Virus record (IMG/VR): IMGVR_UViG_3300012359_000001
Location: 1 to 38,416 of that record
Reading direction: 5' to 3' (one strand)
DNA from: a virus
Lineage: Duplodnaviria; Heunggongvirae; Uroviricota; Caudoviricetes
Length of the DNA stretch: 38,416 nucleotides
Shown here: in pieces, positions 8,894 through 17,797 of the stretch
How the letters are laid out: the number at the start of each line of letters is the position of its first letter
How positions within the stretch are numbered: position 1 is the first letter of the stretch
The notes under the pieces: generated by a model
Database searches by the model: none
Told to the model about the DNA's origin: nothing
The model's input: the letters and a program-made list of their open reading frames with translations, nothing else
Made by a program: the position numbers and the translations under genes

Positions 8894-9334
8894 ATGAACA
8901 GCCTATTCGAGAAGTTGAAACACGGTGAAACGATCCATGTAGTCTCTACCACGTCAGGTGTCAAGTTCAGTGTTGAGGCTGTGACGTGGGCAGGAAACAG
9001 GGTAGGGTATGCGTTCAAGGACGAACAGGGACAGGTGATACCAGGATACCGCAAGATGTTTAGTGACGAGCAGATTAAGGATGCTAGCCAGTATTGGATG
9101 GAGGTAAGTAAGATGCCAACAGTTGAAATGCGCGGATACTATCAAGTAACCATCTTCTCTGATCATGAGGAGTGGCGGCTGAGTTATACGAATGGTACGT
9201 TCAGCCAGCCAAGTGAGGTGACTGCCGAGTCAAAATTTCCTGAGTGCGTTGGGTGTCATCGCTGGTGGTCTCCCCAAGATCGTGACATCCGCTTTGATGA
9301 CAACGGACAGATGACCTGCCCTTATTGTCAGTAG
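8894..9334 (+). CDS. Hypothetical protein with C-terminal zinc ribbon
   Basis: CVGC...CPYC; AAGGA RBS. Confidence 0.65.
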   Translation: MNSLFEKLKHGETIHVVSTTSGVKFSVEAVTWAGNRVGYAFKDEQGQVIPGYRKMFSDEQIKDASQYWMEVSKMPTVEMRGYYQVTIFSDHEEWRLSYTNGTFSQPSEVTAESKFPECVGCHRWWSPQDRDIRFDDNGQMTCPYCQ

Positions 9335-9376
9335 TGTGTATTGGGCGGTTGTAACATCGCCCACGGAAGGATTACG

Positions 9377-10150
9377 ATGATGACTTTTAACCCCAAAGAG
9401 CACTTGATGCAAATATCGAAAAAAGATTATCTCCCTGTAGCATGGCGACTGGTCTGGTTTCGTGAGGAGTGTCCCAACGGAACGATTGATACGGAAGAGA
9501 TCGAGGTTGATCTTGACCGTGAGGTACAAGAAGAGATCCCTGTATGGAGTAATGAAAAGCGGCGCATGGAAAAAGTGACGAAAACTGCAAAGGGGTATGC
9601 CCGTTTTCGTGCAGTGATTACTGATGGCAAAGGTGGGAGAGCCACTGGTACCAAATCAGAGAACGCGGCTAGTTTCCCTGATTTTATTGAAAAGGCTGAA
9701 ACTGGAAGCATCGGACGAGCACTCGCCGCTCTAGGGTACGGTACACAATTTGCCCCTGAACTAGACGAGGGACAACGTATTGCTGATGCCCCTGTACAGC
9801 GTTCACCGTACTATTCTAACGATGCGCAAGACGAGACATCCAATTCTACCAATGAGGCAACAAAGGCTTCCTCTCATGCTCCTACACCCATTAACAAGGT
9901 ATCTGCTCAAAGCGTTGTCAGTGAGTCTCACGCGCAAACAAATCTGAATGACATTCCTTCTGCCAGGAAGTTACGCGAGATAGCCGCCGCGCTCGGTATC
10001 GAATGGTCATCAGTCCTTGAGGAAGCATTTGAACGCCCGATAGCAGAGGGAAAAGTCACATTGCAAGCCCTTGAGAATAAAGGTGATGACTTGCCTCCTG
10101 GGTACTGTAAACGTATCGCCTCTTACCTGCAAACAAAGCAGGCGGCATAA
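9377..10150 (+). CDS. Single-strand annealing protein (Rad52/Sak-like)
   Basis: DYLPVAWRLVWFR...EKAETGSIGRALAALGYG core plus low-complexity tail; usual position for a phage SSAP. Confidence 0.7.
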   Translation: MMTFNPKEHLMQISKKDYLPVAWRLVWFREECPNGTIDTEEIEVDLDREVQEEIPVWSNEKRRMEKVTKTAKGYARFRAVITDGKGGRATGTKSENAASFPDFIEKAETGSIGRALAALGYGTQFAPELDEGQRIADAPVQRSPYYSNDAQDETSNSTNEATKASSHAPTPINKVSAQSVVSESHAQTNLNDIPSARKLREIAAALGIEWSSVLEEAFERPIAEGKVTLQALENKGDDLPPGYCKRIASYLQTKQAA

Positions 10151-10198
10151 CCATAGCGGGTTCCCTGGTACCCTACAAACCAGGGGAAGGATTACATC

Positions 10199-10975
10199 AT
10201 GACTACCATTTCAAACCGACAACAGACTGTCAAGTCAGAAGTGCTTGACGTACTACGCAATGGACATACTACAGGGATGAGTTACTTTCTTCCAACAGGT
10301 CAACTTGACCGCAAATTGTACCAGGAAGTCAATGAAGTGCTTGAGCGGATTGGCGGCAAATGGAACCGCAAAGCAAAAGCACACCTGTTCGAGATTGACC
10401 CCGCCGCGCTATTGGACCTTGTTTCAACGACTGGTGAGATGCCGCCACGCAACCCGACTGCATTCTTTCCGACCCCTGACGCGGTGATTGAACAACTCTT
10501 ATCGGGTGTCTGTCTGCCTGAAGAGGCAAGGATACTCGAACCGTCAGCAGGCAAGGGAAACATAGCCGAGTATGTCCGTGATTACATGACCTATGCGGTG
10601 CTTGATTGCTGTGAGATTGTCCCACGCTTCCGTGAGATGCTGCAATACAAAGGATTTATCGTTCTTTCTGAGCCTGATTTCCTTGCCTACTGTCCAGGTT
10701 CAATTTATGACTTGATCGCCATGAACCCGCCCTTTGCTGTTGAGGGTGACGCCCTGGCATACGTCACGCATATAGAGCATGCGTGGTCACTGCTGGCATC
10801 AGGCGGCGTGTTACGAGCGGTTGCGCCTGCTGGTTTTGCATTCAGGGATGACAAACGTATTGTGCAGTTGCGCAACCTCGTAGAAGAGTGCGGATCGTGG
10901 GAGAAGTTGGAAAGCCAATCCTTTGCTGAGAGCGGTACAGGTGTCGCAACCGTCATCATTTCAATGCAAAAGTAA
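10199..10975 (+). CDS. Orphan N6-adenine DNA methyltransferase
   Basis: ILEPSAGKG (motif I) and MNPPF (motif IV). Confidence 0.85.
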   Translation: MTTISNRQQTVKSEVLDVLRNGHTTGMSYFLPTGQLDRKLYQEVNEVLERIGGKWNRKAKAHLFEIDPAALLDLVSTTGEMPPRNPTAFFPTPDAVIEQLLSGVCLPEEARILEPSAGKGNIAEYVRDYMTYAVLDCCEIVPRFREMLQYKGFIVLSEPDFLAYCPGSIYDLIAMNPPFAVEGDALAYVTHIEHAWSLLASGGVLRAVAPAGFAFRDDKRIVQLRNLVEECGSWEKLESQSFAESGTGVATVIISMQK

Positions 10976-11020
10976 GAGCAGTAGGTTGCCAGTCATCCTT
11001 AAACTGGCATGGAGGTTTAA

Positions 11021-11221
11021 ATGAACATCACACAAGCGAGAACTATTGTACAAGCCTACGGGTATGGGCTACGGAAACTTATCAATGTGCCAGGACACTA
11101 TAACTTGACATGGAATGGGAGAAGTTGGGTCACGCTCAACATTGCTGCATTAAACGCGACGACACTACGAGTACAGATTGAGGCAGAGCGTCCAAATATC
11201 ACCCTGGCGAATTGTCTGTAG
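11021..11221 (+). CDS. Hypothetical protein
   Basis: GGAGG RBS; followed by a terminator. Confidence 0.65.
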   Translation: MNITQARTIVQAYGYGLRKLINVPGHYNLTWNGRSWVTLNIAALNATTLRVQIEAERPNITLANCL

Positions 11222-11231
11222 CGCACACTAG

Positions 11232-11253
11232 GGAGGTCGGTGTGACCTCCTTT
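11232..11253 (+). terminator. Intrinsic terminator
   Basis: GGAGGTC-GGTGT-GACCTCC-TTT. Confidence 0.6.
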
Positions 11254-11334
11254 AAAACTGGCATGGAGGTTCTTATGTTTCTGGATATTGAAACCAAGAA
11301 GTTCCACCAACGCCCCCCCCGCAACCATAGTTAA

Positions 11335-11363
11335 TTGACATTGCTTGAGCCTTGTTTTATCCT
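11335..11363 (+). promoter_or_regulatory. Sigma70-type promoter
   Basis: TTGACA-N17-TATCCT. Confidence 0.6.
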
Positions 11364-11414
11364 ATACATAAAGAGTTTTTATTAGTGTTTCATTAACGAA
11401 ACAGAAAAAGATGC

Positions 11415-11831
11415 ATGAGGTACATTATGCAAGAAGCGTTTTCAGAGGAAGAATGGCGTGAGCGGCGGCGAGGAAACAATCAAGCCCTGAGTGATCAAAT
11501 CGCAACATCCTACTTGTACAGAAATATCAAGCAGTATTTTGGTTCTGAGCGAGGTTTAGCCATCATACGGTGGCTGCAAGTTGGTTTAGGAGAGAAGCAA
11601 ACATTTGATGAGAGATGTAAAGCCTGGTTGCTCTCAGATGACTTTGTCAACGAGGTAAGAGAAGCTGCCGATAAAACCGACTACTCTGCCTTTAGTGCTG
11701 ATGATAACGAATGGGTTCAGACTACGCAAGATCGCTACAGAGAACTGGTTGAACATCTTTTTGAAGCCTCAACTAGTGAAATCGAAGAACCGAGTAAAGA
11801 TGGTATTGTTCAGGAGGTGAAGATAGAATGA
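11415..11831 (+). CDS. Hypothetical protein
   Basis: 138-aa ORF after promoter (11427 is an alternative start). Confidence 0.65.
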   Translation: MRYIMQEAFSEEEWRERRRGNNQALSDQIATSYLYRNIKQYFGSERGLAIIRWLQVGLGEKQTFDERCKAWLLSDDFVNEVREAADKTDYSAFSADDNEWVQTTQDRYRELVEHLFEASTSEIEEPSKDGIVQEVKIE

Positions 11832-12322
11832 GCAGTACTGTCTACCCTATCGGCTACTCTGCCCCTGGTTCCCTCCCACGTATCGATGAGTTGATGCAAC
11901 AATCTCAAATGCTGCTCATTGATACCCGTTATAGTGCAAAGAGTTGGAACCCGCAATGGCAAGAGAGCACTCTACGAGAACGCTATGGTGATCGGTACAG
12001 GGTTGCAGGCCGGTACCTGGGCAATGTCAACTACAAGGGAGGTCCGATCAAACTAGCTAATCCAGAAAGAGGCATATGCGGGTTATGCCAGTACTTGGGT
12101 GAGGGCTACGATCTTATCCTGCTTTGCCAATGCAAAGAGTATGAGACATGTCATTGTAAGGTAGTGGTACAGGCGTTACAAGAGGCAAGGAGTGATGTGC
12201 AGGTGATACAGCCTGCCAGTATGACGTGTCATTGTTGCGATGTGCCAGTGACGCCGGAGACATCGGAAGTGTATGCCGATGTGCAGCACGAGTACTGGTT
12301 GTGTTTTGAGTGCATAAAATAG
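11828..12322 (+). CDS. DUF488-family protein with C-terminal zinc finger
   Basis: YPIGYS..LIDTRY...YLGN...LLC..CH pattern. Confidence 0.75.
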   Translation: MSSTVYPIGYSAPGSLPRIDELMQQSQMLLIDTRYSAKSWNPQWQESTLRERYGDRYRVAGRYLGNVNYKGGPIKLANPERGICGLCQYLGEGYDLILLCQCKEYETCHCKVVVQALQEARSDVQVIQPASMTCHCCDVPVTPETSEVYADVQHEYWLCFECIK

Positions 12323-12335
12323 GAAGGATGGAACC

Positions 12336-12611
12336 ATGTTCAAGGTTTGTCGAGAGCGGTGTGATGAGTGCTTATTCTCACCTGATAAAATCGTGAGTCA
12401 GAACCGCAAGAATGGCATCATTCGAGACTGTCTAGCCAATGATCAGTTTTTTGTTTGCCACAAGCACAGCGTAGAGGATAGCGAAGGAGGTCCGACAGGG
12501 GAGCAGGTATGTTGTAGAGGCTGGTTCGACTCCTACGGAATGGAAACCAATATCATCCGTATTGCGTCCCGCCTCCATGCGATAGAAGAAGTGGATGAGC
12601 CAAATGCGTGA
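12336..12611 (+). CDS. Cys-rich phage hypothetical protein
   Basis: CDECLF..FFVCHK..VCCRGWF. Confidence 0.7.
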   Translation: MFKVCRERCDECLFSPDKIVSQNRKNGIIRDCLANDQFFVCHKHSVEDSEGGPTGEQVCCRGWFDSYGMETNIIRIASRLHAIEEVDEPNA

Positions 12612-13011
12612 GAGAAAAGTTGACCCCTGGGAGATCCGTAACTATAAAGTGCAATCCGTTGTCTGCGGTGAAGTCTTTGGTGAGAGCGGTCTAGGCTCCC
12701 ATTGTGAGTACGATTTCCATGTATCGGGCTTGAGTGGCGGTCTGATATGGGTCGTCGATCATCTTGCCAGTGGATGCAAGATCGCGCAATTCAACGGACA
12801 GGCAAGAGTGCGTGTCTTCATAGAGGAGATTGCTGGCTATACCGATTGGACTACTTCGCTTGATGTACTCAAGTCTATCCGTGATGAGAAGTTCTGGAAA
12901 GAAGTACAAAAGGCGGCGGCACTGGCTGAAACCTGGACACCCAAAGAGGCGAAGAAGTTGCTACAAATGCGTAAACAAGTAAGCCTCTGGAAAGAGCAAG
13001 GTGTTTCGTGA
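12604..13011 (+). CDS. Hypothetical protein
   Basis: Overlaps upstream stop. Confidence 0.65.
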   Translation: MRERKVDPWEIRNYKVQSVVCGEVFGESGLGSHCEYDFHVSGLSGGLIWVVDHLASGCKIAQFNGQARVRVFIEEIAGYTDWTTSLDVLKSIRDEKFWKEVQKAAALAETWTPKEAKKLLQMRKQVSLWKEQGVS

Positions 13012-13026
13012 CGAGAGGATAAAACG

Positions 13027-13266
13027 ATGTGGATCAATAACTATGACGACCCTGAAGAGATGGATCTACAAACCGCCTTGAAGTTGTTGCAAGCGAACGG
13101 GTATACCAATTGCACAACGGAAGCGAACAAGCAGAATGGGACTGGCACCATGTATGTGTTCAACGACCCATCAGGCGAAGGTGTCCATTATTGTGATGGA
13201 GAGGAAGAGGTGATTGAACTGGTGATCAGCCAGGAACTCACCTTTCCAGAGAGTCAGGAAGGATAA
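13027..13266 (+). CDS. Hypothetical protein
   Basis: AGGATAAAACGATG leader. Confidence 0.65.
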   Translation: MWINNYDDPEEMDLQTALKLLQANGYTNCTTEANKQNGTGTMYVFNDPSGEGVHYCDGEEEVIELVISQELTFPESQEG

Positions 13267-13270
13267 AACG

Positions 13271-13564
13271 ATGATTACTGTCGATTTTGCAAGTTCCTCA
13301 GATGGAAAGCCTTGTATCACCATGACAACTGATCAAGGCAACCGCTATATACTTCTTACCACGAAGAAGGCACCATTGGCAGGCGCAATTATCAATCAAC
13401 TCAGGACTGATTTTTCTTGTGAGTCTCTTCCTGGTATCCCTCTTGATTGGAGAACATCGCTAGAACAAGGTGAACTGATCTTTCATAGCGAGTCTGGTGC
13501 AATTGGCATCTATGTTCAGGAGTCTCGTTTTGACGAACTGGTATCGATATTCAGCCACTTATAA
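13271..13564 (+). CDS. Hypothetical protein
   Basis: Same AGGATAAAACGATG leader as upstream gene. Confidence 0.65.
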   Translation: MITVDFASSSDGKPCITMTTDQGNRYILLTTKKAPLAGAIINQLRTDFSCESLPGIPLDWRTSLEQGELIFHSESGAIGIYVQESRFDELVSIFSHL

Positions 13565-13577
13565 CATGTCACTGCCT

Positions 13578-13606
13578 GGGGAGCGTGCAAGATCGCTCCC
13601 CTTTTT
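13578..13606 (+). terminator. Intrinsic terminator
   Basis: GGGGAGCG-N8-CGCTCCCC-TTTTT. Confidence 0.85.
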
Positions 13607-13751
13607 CATGCCTCCAATAGCGTGAGGTATAGGCTATTTAAATGGCTATACTATTCCCCTTGCCTGCCTATTTCATCGGCTTTTCGCTGTGTCAGAAACG
13701 GTCGTTTCCTGATCACTTTCCAACCCCATCAAAAATACCCCCTCATCCCTC

Positions 13752-13781
13752 TTGACATTGTATCAAAACTTATGTTATAAT
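13752..13781 (+). promoter_or_regulatory. Sigma70 promoter with extended -10
   Basis: TTGACA-N18-TATAAT with TGn. Confidence 0.8.
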
Positions 13782-13828
13782 CAAAGTGTTGAAACGAATG
13801 AGTTAGTGAGACAAGAAGGAGGATACTC

Positions 13829-14122
13829 ATGGCACAATACTATGTTCACTCTACCAATATCGTTGGATATACACACTCCGATGGCTACTGTCTGTGCGTC
13901 GAGCACGGAACAGATACGCAAGGGAATGAGTTACCAGATCCAGGGAATGAGACAGGTAAAGTTTTCCCCATTTTCGCAGGGGACGAAACGGATACGGATC
14001 TCATATGTGATGTATGCCTGAGTAAGGCTATCGCCAATGGGGCAGATCCCCATACGGCGATCATTCTGGCGGCTAATATTGACTCTGGTGAAGAGGCCGA
14101 ACCAGAAGGGGATTTTCTATGA
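13829..14122 (+). CDS. Hypothetical protein
   Basis: GGAGG RBS after promoter. Confidence 0.7.
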   Translation: MAQYYVHSTNIVGYTHSDGYCLCVEHGTDTQGNELPDPGNETGKVFPIFAGDETDTDLICDVCLSKAIANGADPHTAIILAANIDSGEEAEPEGDFL

Positions 14123-14172
14123 TTCCATTCGGGGTAAATGTAAGCGAGCACAAATGATCAAGGAGCGATGAA

Positions 14173-14637
14173 ATGGAAAAGGCGACATGTCAGGTTTGCG
14201 GCAGAGAGATCAAAGCCTCAACAGGGCTGATTGCCCATCATGGGTACCAGCGTCCCTATGAGGGGTGGCAAACGTCTTCTTGCGAAGGTGCCAGATATGT
14301 ATCGTACGAAGTATCTTGTGACCGTCTTCAAGAAGTCATAGAAGTGATGAGAAACTTCATCACTTCCCAGGAAGAGAAACTGGTGGTGTTCCTTGAAATA
14401 CCACCAGAAACCATTACGGTTTCTGAAAAACGTTCGGCGTGGGCAAGGGAGGAGGAAACAGTCTACGAGAAACCAGAAAACTTTAATCCAGACAGTTACA
14501 AATCTTCTAGACCGCGAACGTATGAGAACGCCTACGCTGATCGAAGATATCGTTACTATCAAACAATCAAAGCAGCGAAAGCAGACCTCTCAACTATGGA
14601 GAGACGCTTGCGAGAGTGGCATGCAGTTACCGTTTAA
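14173..14637 (+). CDS. Phage hypothetical protein with CxxC/HG/C motif
   Basis: TCQVCGR..IAHHGY..SCEG; AAGGAG RBS. Confidence 0.7.
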   Translation: MEKATCQVCGREIKASTGLIAHHGYQRPYEGWQTSSCEGARYVSYEVSCDRLQEVIEVMRNFITSQEEKLVVFLEIPPETITVSEKRSAWAREEETVYEKPENFNPDSYKSSRPRTYENAYADRRYRYYQTIKAAKADLSTMERRLREWHAVTV

Positions 14638-14672
14638 GATCAAAACTATTGCTGTAGAGGAGACCAAACGCT

Positions 14673-15224
14673 ATGAATTCTCATTTGATTTTATCAAGTT
14701 GCAATCTTGCTTACGAACTACACAAGGATCAGACAAGGCGTGAGAGTGGGCATCCATTCTTTGATGCTCACCTCGTACCGGTCGCTGAAATGGTACAAGC
14801 AAACGGTGGCGATGATCTGGCTATCGCTGCGGCTTATCTTCATGATGCTATTGAAGATATTGGACCGCATACCCGTGAGCAGATTGTGGCAATCTCGCCT
14901 GATGTACTGGCAATCGTGGAGCAATTGACCGAACGTGGAGATAGCTGGCAAGAAGAGAAAAGTGGTTATGTGGCTGGTGTGGCACAGATGGACCAACGAG
15001 CGTTACTGGTAAGCATCTGTGATAAGTTGACCAACGCTCGTGATTTTTCGGATGAATGGGAACGGGGTCAATTTGGCAAGAGACCAGTGCAAATTATCTG
15101 GTTCTTTGAGCAACTTCTCGATGCATACGGAAAACGAGATATTGCTTTAGGAGGTGCATGTAAAGGGCTATTGTGGGATCTGCATGCAAGAGTTGGATGC
15201 ATGCAAGAGTTGGAGGGGAGGTAA
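14673..15224 (+). CDS. HD-domain hydrolase, RelA/SpoT (Mesh1/SAH)-like
   Basis: HL..VA..V, AAYLHDAIED, CDKLTNAR motifs; no synthetase domain. Confidence 0.85.
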   Translation: MNSHLILSSCNLAYELHKDQTRRESGHPFFDAHLVPVAEMVQANGGDDLAIAAAYLHDAIEDIGPHTREQIVAISPDVLAIVEQLTERGDSWQEEKSGYVAGVAQMDQRALLVSICDKLTNARDFSDEWERGQFGKRPVQIIWFFEQLLDAYGKRDIALGGACKGLLWDLHARVGCMQELEGR

Positions 15225-15227
15225 GTA

Positions 15228-15551
15228 ATGGCGAGCCAGAAAGAGCAACAGGCGTGGGACGACGAACTCAGAAAAGATAATGAGCAATATCTTGCTGAAT
15301 CCGAGAAAAGCAGATACGTTCAACTTGAGATTATAGCGGCACTGAGTGCACTCATCCAAACCGCGATGAAGCACTATCCAATTGAAGATGGAGTAGCGTA
15401 TCCCCCATACCAGATATCACAAATGATCGACACACTCATCTCCTTACGTCGTACATTTCAGGAAGAAAAGATCGAGGTCTTTCTTTTAGGACAAGATGAT
15501 CCTGTATATTACGTGGATCTTCCTGAGTGGGCAAAACTCAAGGAGGTATAA
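15228..15551 (+). CDS. Hypothetical protein
   Basis: GAGG RBS, operonic. Confidence 0.65.
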   Translation: MASQKEQQAWDDELRKDNEQYLAESEKSRYVQLEIIAALSALIQTAMKHYPIEDGVAYPPYQISQMIDTLISLRRTFQEEKIEVFLLGQDDPVYYVDLPEWAKLKEV

Positions 15552-16106
15552 ATGTCTCGAATTGGGTATGCTCGTGTTTCAACGCACCTGCAAAATAAGG
15601 AACTCCAACTCGATGCACTCAACAAAGCAGGGTGTGAGCGCATCTTTGAGGATGAAGAAACAGGTTCAAAGCAAGAACGTAAGGGATTGAATGAAGCGGT
15701 TGCCTTCCTTCGTCCAGGGGATACGCTTGTTGTGTGGAAACTGGATAGAGCAGGACGGTCACTACAACACCTGATCGAACTGCTCAACACGCTAAAAATG
15801 CATTCCGTTGAGTTCCTGAGCCTGACAGAGCAGATTGACACCTCTACAGCAGGAGGAAAATTGATCTTTCATCTGATGGCGGCTCTTGCGGAATTTGAGC
15901 GCGATCTGATCAGGGAACGTACCAATGCGGGACTGGCGGCAGCTCGTGCTAGAGGCAGACTTGGAGGCAGACCGCGCAAACTACAGAATGGTAAACCTGC
16001 TATGGCGCGTCGGTTGCATGCCGATAAAACGCACTCCATCGATGAAATATGTACGACGCTAGGGATATCACGCCCGACATTGTACCGGTACCTTAGAGGA
16101 GAATAG
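15552..16106 (+). CDS. Small serine recombinase (Hin/Pin resolvase-invertase family)
   Basis: GYARVS catalytic Ser, VVWKLDR, ERTNAGLAAARARGRLGGRP, C-terminal Hin-type HTH. Confidence 0.95.
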   Translation: MSRIGYARVSTHLQNKELQLDALNKAGCERIFEDEETGSKQERKGLNEAVAFLRPGDTLVVWKLDRAGRSLQHLIELLNTLKMHSVEFLSLTEQIDTSTAGGKLIFHLMAALAEFERDLIRERTNAGLAAARARGRLGGRPRKLQNGKPAMARRLHADKTHSIDEICTTLGISRPTLYRYLRGE

Positions 16107-16110
16107 GTGA

Positions 16111-16878
16111 ATGTATGAGTTGGCTTTATGTTCCGGCATTGGAGGACTCTCGCTCGGATTGCAACGATCAGGAGTCAAACCAGCATGTTACGTTGAGCGT
16201 AATCCCTACCGAGTCAATGTCCTCATCTCACGATTCAATGATGGATCGCTCCATTCCGCTCCCATCTGGGACGACGTTACCTCATTCGACGGGCGACCCT
16301 GGTGTGGACGAGTGGATATCATCTCTGCCGGTTTCCCTTGTCAGCCATTCAGCAAGTCAGGACTTAGACGAGGGAGTGACGATGAACGGTATCTCTGGCC
16401 TGATATCTACCGAATTGTTTGCGAGGTTCAACCACGATTCGTGCTCTTGGAGAACGTCTCAGGCTTACTTGATGCCAATAAACGAGAACACTTGCCAGCA
16501 CCACTATCAGGAGTACTTGCAGACTTGGCCCGAATCGGCTTTGATGCGGAATGGCAGATGTTATCGGCTCATTCCTTTGGAGCGCCGCATGAACGCAAAA
16601 GGATCTTCATTGTTGGCTACCCCCATCAAAGCCGATGGAGAGCAATTCTATGCCCTTTCGCTGAAATCGGCATTGAAGCGTATTCAGGATGGCCGACAAT
16701 TGACATGGATACATCAAGCAGTTGTCTTCAAGCAATGGAAGATAGGACATGCCAATCCGCGATTTTCAGAGGCAATGATGGGACTGCCCATCGGGTGGAG
16801 CGACTTGCATCCATTGGAGAGTCAGTTGTTCCACAAGTCGCTGAATATATTGGAAAGTGCATCCTAAGAGGAGAATAG
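16111..16878 (+). CDS. C5-cytosine DNA methyltransferase, alpha polypeptide (motifs I-VIII and X)
   Basis: SGIGG, GFPCQPFS, ENVSG, RKRIFIVG, GESVVPQVAE; motif IX not visible. Confidence 0.9.
   Translation: MYELALCSGIGGLSLGLQRSGVKPACYVERNPYRVNVLISRFNDGSLHSAPIWDDVTSFDGRPWCGRVDIISAGFPCQPFSKSGLRRGSDDERYLWPDIYRIVCEVQPRFVLLENVSGLLDANKREHLPAPLSGVLADLARIGFDAEWQMLSAHSFGAPHERKRIFIVGYPHQSRWRAILCPFAEIGIEAYSGWPTIDMDTSSSCLQAMEDRTCQSAIFRGNDGTAHRVERLASIGESVVPQVAEYIGKCILRGE
16115..16867 (+). CDS. Nested +1-frame ORF, probable MTase beta polypeptide (motif IX)
   Basis: 250 open codons inside the MTase gene; ends HANPRFSEAMMGLPIGWSD; M.EcoHK31I-like arrangement. Confidence 0.75.
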   Translation: MSWLYVPALEDSRSDCNDQESNQHVTLSVIPTESMSSSHDSMMDRSIPLPSGTTLPHSTGDPGVDEWISSLPVSLVSHSASQDLDEGVTMNGISGLISTELFARFNHDSCSWRTSQAYLMPINENTCQHHYQEYLQTWPESALMRNGRCYRLIPLERRMNAKGSSLLATPIKADGEQFYALSLKSALKRIQDGRQLTWIHQAVVFKQWKIGHANPRFSEAMMGLPIGWSDLHPLESQLFHKSLNILESAS

Positions 16879-16882
16879 ATGC

Positions 16883-17080
16883 ATGAATAAACAGCTATCG
16901 CGTAGGATCATACGGGAGAGAGTCATCAATGTACTTGATGGTGATCTCAGTGTAGGAGGACTATCAATTTTCTTAGAGGCAGCAGGATACAGTGAGCAAG
17001 AGATAAGATTTGTTGCAAATGAGTATGAAAAGTTTGTCCACCAATTAATAGAAAAACAGCATCGAAAGAAATTAAGATAA
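16883..17080 (+). CDS. Hypothetical protein
   Basis: GAGGAG RBS. Confidence 0.6.
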   Translation: MNKQLSRRIIRERVINVLDGDLSVGGLSIFLEAAGYSEQEIRFVANEYEKFVHQLIEKQHRKKLR

Positions 17081-17148
17081 TGGGCAGAAAATAGGGTGTA
17101 AAGAAGGTTCTACTAATCAGCATTTGAAGCCCCAAAGGAAAGAAAACA

Positions 17149-17505
17149 ATGAAACTATCAGACAAGATGCTCAATACGCTGAGCCAACTGCAAGTAGGAA
17201 AAACAACGATGTTCGGTTCAACGCAAAGTACGAATAGCGCGTGTGGAGGTGCAAACTACCTCAATGCCAACACGGTCCAGGCGTTGATACGTCGTGGCCT
17301 ATTAGAGCCATGTGGAGAGGCACCTAGTGGGCATGGAGAATACTACTACCGTATCTCAGAAGCAGGGCGGCAGGTGCTCCTTGACGATGGGCAATCAATC
17401 CTGATCGAGATGGAGCCTTTTCAAGTTGATCCTGCCCTTGTGCAAATGGCGATAGACTTGCAATATCGTGACCGTTTAAAGCAATGGAAGCAGCAGCAGG
17501 TATAA
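17149..17505 (+). CDS. Hypothetical protein, possible winged-helix
   Basis: TVQALIRRGLLE...YYRISEAGRQVL. Confidence 0.65.
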   Translation: MKLSDKMLNTLSQLQVGKTTMFGSTQSTNSACGGANYLNANTVQALIRRGLLEPCGEAPSGHGEYYYRISEAGRQVLLDDGQSILIEMEPFQVDPALVQMAIDLQYRDRLKQWKQQQV

Positions 17506-17533
17506 GTATTTCAAGATGAGAGGGGCAATCAGC

Positions 17534-17797
17534 ATGGTAGCGATACCGGAAGCAAAATACAACACCTGGGGAGAAGAGATACAGGAGCGAGAGGATACCC
17601 CTGAAGAGGCAAGGGTACGCAAACTGTTACCAGTACTTGACGTTCAGACGGTGACACCCCGCGTCTGTGCAACCTGCCACTATGGACGTATCAGGAATGG
17701 AGCATTTGAGTGTCTTCGTGAGGGTGGGTATCATCACGATGTTGGAGATATGCTCCATTGGTACCACGCTTGCAAGTTCTACAGGAAAGAGAGTTAG
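17534..17797 (+). CDS. Cys-containing hypothetical protein
   Basis: VCATCHY..FEC..HACKFY. Confidence 0.6.
   Translation: MVAIPEAKYNTWGEEIQEREDTPEEARVRKLLPVLDVQTVTPRVCATCHYGRIRNGAFECLREGGYHHDVGDMLHWYHACKFYRKES

Noticed and set aside
11281-11293. ATTGAAAC as another CRISPR-like handle (also at about 5878)
   Set aside because: No preceding CCCG/CGGG hairpin; chance 8-mer, and the 5878 copy is inside a CDS.
11313-11320. C8 homopolymer as a phase-variation tract
   Set aside because: It lies in a 19-codon stub with no downstream ORF that a slip would restore.
15552-16106. Hin-driven tail-fibre shufflon
   Set aside because: The recombinase is far from tail genes, and I found no hix-like inverted repeats around an invertible segment; an automated inverted-repeat search is still needed.
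7020-17614. ACCCCTGAAGAGGCA at about 7020, 7338 and 17598
   Set aside because: All three are in frame for TPEEA; more likely peptide and codon bias than a DNA site.
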